Source of the DNA: Escherichia coli PMV-1
GTDB lineage: Bacteria > Pseudomonadota > Gammaproteobacteria > Enterobacterales > Enterobacteriaceae
DNA: 24,000 nt
Assembly: GCF_000493595.2 (NCBI RefSeq)
Contig: NC_022370.1
Reading direction: 5' to 3' (one strand)
Positions 22,008-24,000 of this stretch are shown one piece after another (positions within the stretch are counted from its first letter, which is position 1; each line of letters begins with the position of its first letter). Both the position numbers and the translations under genes were made by a program. The notes beneath the pieces are model-generated. The model worked only from the letters and a program-made list of their open reading frames with translations, ran no database searches and was not told the DNA's origin.

Positions 22008-22733
22008 TCAGTGCTCCATAGTGAATTCAATCATGTCGGCGCGCGTCAGGCTGACGGAGTACTCCGCCGGGCTGCTTTCACCGTCACGGTGGTTAAGGGT
22101 GCGCACGCACAGCAGCGGCGACATATTCGGGATTTCAAGACGCTGGCACTCTTTGGCCTGGGCGCGGCGGGCGCTGATCCGCGTCTGGCTGCGTCGTAGC
22201 GTAATCCCCGTTTGCTCGCGCAGAAAATCGTGCAGCGAACCGCTGTCGAAACGTTGCAGCGTCGGCCAGAGGGTGAGGTCCGCAAAGTAGTGGTCGATTA
22301 AACAGAGCGCGACGCCGTTGACCCGACGCAGGGTGCGCAGGTGGATGACGTTCTCCCCCTCGGTTATCCCCAGCGCGTCAGCGACGTGACCGGAGGCGGG
22401 GCGCAGCACCGATAGCAATTTTTCGCTGGTGGGATGGCTGCCCTGGTCCAGCAGGTTCTGGCTAAAACGCGCCTGGGCGTTGAGCGGGTAATCGAACGGG
22501 CGCATCAGCACCAGTACGCCGACGCCCTGACGGCGCTGTACCCAGCCTTTTTCCACCAGTTGGTCGATGGCGCGGCGCAGGGTGTGGCGGTTCACCTCAA
22601 AGCGCGCCGCCAGTTGCTGCTCGGCGGGAAGATAGTCGCCGCAGCGGTAGTGTTGACGAAGCTCCTGCTCAAGTTTTGCGGCTATCTCCTGATAGCGTGT
22701 TGGGTAGCTGGTCGGATGTGTAGACAAGTGCAT
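22008..22733 (-). CDS. phnF: PhnF, GntR-family transcriptional regulator (HutC/UTRA type)
   Basis: 241-aa protein from MHLSTHPTSYPTRYQEIAAKLEQ..., with GntR wHTH DYLPAEQQLAARFEVNRHTLRRAIDQL. The 3-codon-longer start at 22742 is an alternative. Confidence 0.94.
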   Translation of the reverse strand: MHLSTHPTSYPTRYQEIAAKLEQELRQHYRCGDYLPAEQQLAARFEVNRHTLRRAIDQLVEKGWVQRRQGVGVLVLMRPFDYPLNAQARFSQNLLDQGSHPTSEKLLSVLRPASGHVADALGITEGENVIHLRTLRRVNGVALCLIDHYFADLTLWPTLQRFDSGSLHDFLREQTGITLRRSQTRISARRAQAKECQRLEIPNMSPLLCVRTLNHRDGESSPAEYSVSLTRADMIEFTMEH

Positions 22734-22753
22734 AGCCATCAATGCCTCGCTTA

Positions 22754-23533
22754 TCAGATAAAGTGCTTACGCAACCGTTGAGAGAGGAAATCCAGCAGGC
22801 TGACCGTGACGATGATGAGCACCATCAGGGCGCAGGTTTGCTGGAACTGGAAACCGCGAATCGCTTCCCACAGCGTGACGCCGATCCCGCCCGCGCCAAC
22901 CATACCGACGACGGTCGCCGAGCGGACGTTGGATTCGAAGCGATAGAGAGAGTAGGAAATCAGCAGCGGCATGACCTGCGGTAGTACGCCGTAGAGGATC
23001 TCTTCCAGCTTGTTGGCACCGGTAGCGCGAATGCCCTCCACCGGGCCGGGTTCAATCGCTTCTACCGCTTCGGAAAGCAGTTTGGAAAGTACGCCGGTGG
23101 TGTGGATAAACAGCGCCAGCACGCCAGCGAACGGGCCGAGGCCGACGGCGACCACGAACAGCATGGCGAAGACTATTTCGTTAATGGCGCGGCAGGCGTC
23201 CATCAGGCGGCGTACAGGTTGGTAGACCCACCACGGTACCAGGTTTTCAGCGCTCATCAGGCCGAAGGGGATGGAGAGAACCACCGCCAGCGCGGTGCCC
23301 CAGACGGCGATTTGCAGCGTGACGGCCATTTCGGTGAGGTAATCCTGCCACTGGCTGAAATCGGGCGGGAAGAAGTCGGCGGCGAACGTCGCCATGTTGC
23401 CGCCATCTTTAATCAGCGTAAGCGGTGCCATTTCCGCGCCCTGCCACGAGACGACCAGCACGGCGATAACAACGGCCCAGCTCAGAAGCGAGAACCAGCT
23501 GCGCTTGGGTGGGGCGATGGTGATGGTTTGCAT
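22754..23533 (-). CDS. phnE: PhnE, phosphonate ABC transporter permease, full-length reading frame
   Basis: 259-aa protein from [19 protein letters not shown]... through [16 protein letters not shown] without interruption. The extra 21 aa in the track ORF is translated REP sequence. Confidence 0.93.
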   Translation of the reverse strand: MQTITIAPPKRSWFSLLSWAVVIAVLVVSWQGAEMAPLTLIKDGGNMATFAADFFPPDFSQWQDYLTEMAVTLQIAVWGTALAVVLSIPFGLMSAENLVPWWVYQPVRRLMDACRAINEIVFAMLFVVAVGLGPFAGVLALFIHTTGVLSKLLSEAVEAIEPGPVEGIRATGANKLEEILYGVLPQVMPLLISYSLYRFESNVRSATVVGMVGAGGIGVTLWEAIRGFQFQQTCALMVLIIVTVSLLDFLSQRLRKHFI

Positions 23534-23549
23534 GTTTGGCTCCGGTCTG

Positions 23550-23636
23550 TAGGCCGGATAAGGTGCTTGCACCGCATCCGGCATCAACGTCTGCACATTG
23601 TCGGATGCGACGCCGGGGCGTCTTATCCGACCTACG
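23550..23636. repeat. REP pair (BIME-like) between phnE and phnD
   Basis: 'taggccggataaggtgcttgcaccgcatccggca' (23550..23583) and 'tcggatgcgacgccggggcgtcttatccgacctacg' (23601..23636) in opposite orientation. Confidence 0.88.
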
Positions 23637-23638
23637 AT

Positions 23639-24000
23639 TTACTGCACCGCTTTACTCACCGAACTCATTGCGCTTAACGCGTTGTTCAGGCGGTCCAAAT
23701 CATCCAGTTGCGCCTGAATGGCGGTGGTTTTTGCCAGCTTGTCCTGTTCGTTCAGCCCTTTGTTGTCCTTCACGCTTTGCATCTCTTTAAACAGCGCGAG
23801 CTGGCGAATCGGCACCAGTTGCAGGTCGCTGGAGGCGCGGAACGGCGCCCAGCCCAGGCGTTCCAGCACCGCTTTCTCTTCCGGCGTTTTGCCGTAGTTC
23901 ATAAAGAAGTCGTAGATCTTGTCTTTGGTGGTTTCGGACAGATTTTTGCGCCAGACGATCGGATCGCCTGGGATCAGCGGCGATTTCCAGATCACCTTCA
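23639..24000 (-). CDS. phnD: PhnD, phosphonate periplasmic-binding protein, C-terminal part (5' end beyond window)
   Basis: Reverse-strand reading ...KVIWKSPLIPGDPIVWRKNLSETTKDKIYDFFMNYGKTPEEKAVLERLGW...SKAVQ*; the track start is an internal GTG. Confidence 0.95.
   Translation of the reverse strand, partial: KVIWKSPLIPGDPIVWRKNLSETTKDKIYDFFMNYGKTPEEKAVLERLGWAPFRASSDLQLVPIRQLALFKEMQSVKDNKGLNEQDKLAKTTAIQAQLDDLDRLNNALSAMSSVSKAVQ

Noticed and set aside
23534-23596. 21-aa N-terminal extension of phnE in the ORF track
   Set aside because: Also translated REP DNA; the expected start is MQTITIAPP at 23533.
22742-24000. Possible novel accessory system in the right part of the window
   Set aside because: Reads clearly as phnE and phnD of the known phosphonate transporter.

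Overview
This window is E. coli-type (E. coli/Shigella) chromosomal sequence. From left to right it holds: (i) the minus-strand mdtN-mdtO-mdtP efflux operon preceded by the small lipoprotein gene ytcA; (ii) yjcS, a metallo-beta-lactamase-fold alkylsulfatase; (iii) the D-allose cluster alsK-alsE-alsC-alsA-alsB-rpiR (minus) with divergent rpiB (plus); (iv) yjdP (plus), a small secreted protein of unknown function; (v) most of the C-P lyase phosphonate operon, phnP-O-N-M-L-K-J-I-H-G-F-E and part of phnD (minus). I see no prophage, IS element, CRISPR array, RNA gene or clearly novel system. The main strain-specific observations are: a single in-frame amber codon (9654..9656) that splits the allose permease gene alsC; a phnE frame that is open and full length, with only two copies of the 8-bp unit that is expanded in the cryptic K-12 allele; REP/BIME-like elements between phnL/phnK, phnE/phnD and alsA/alsB; a perfect 11-bp inverted repeat just after alsK; and a speculative 17-codon micro-ORF with overlapping hairpins between ytcA and yjcS. 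Product names come from recognising the protein sequences, not from a database search.
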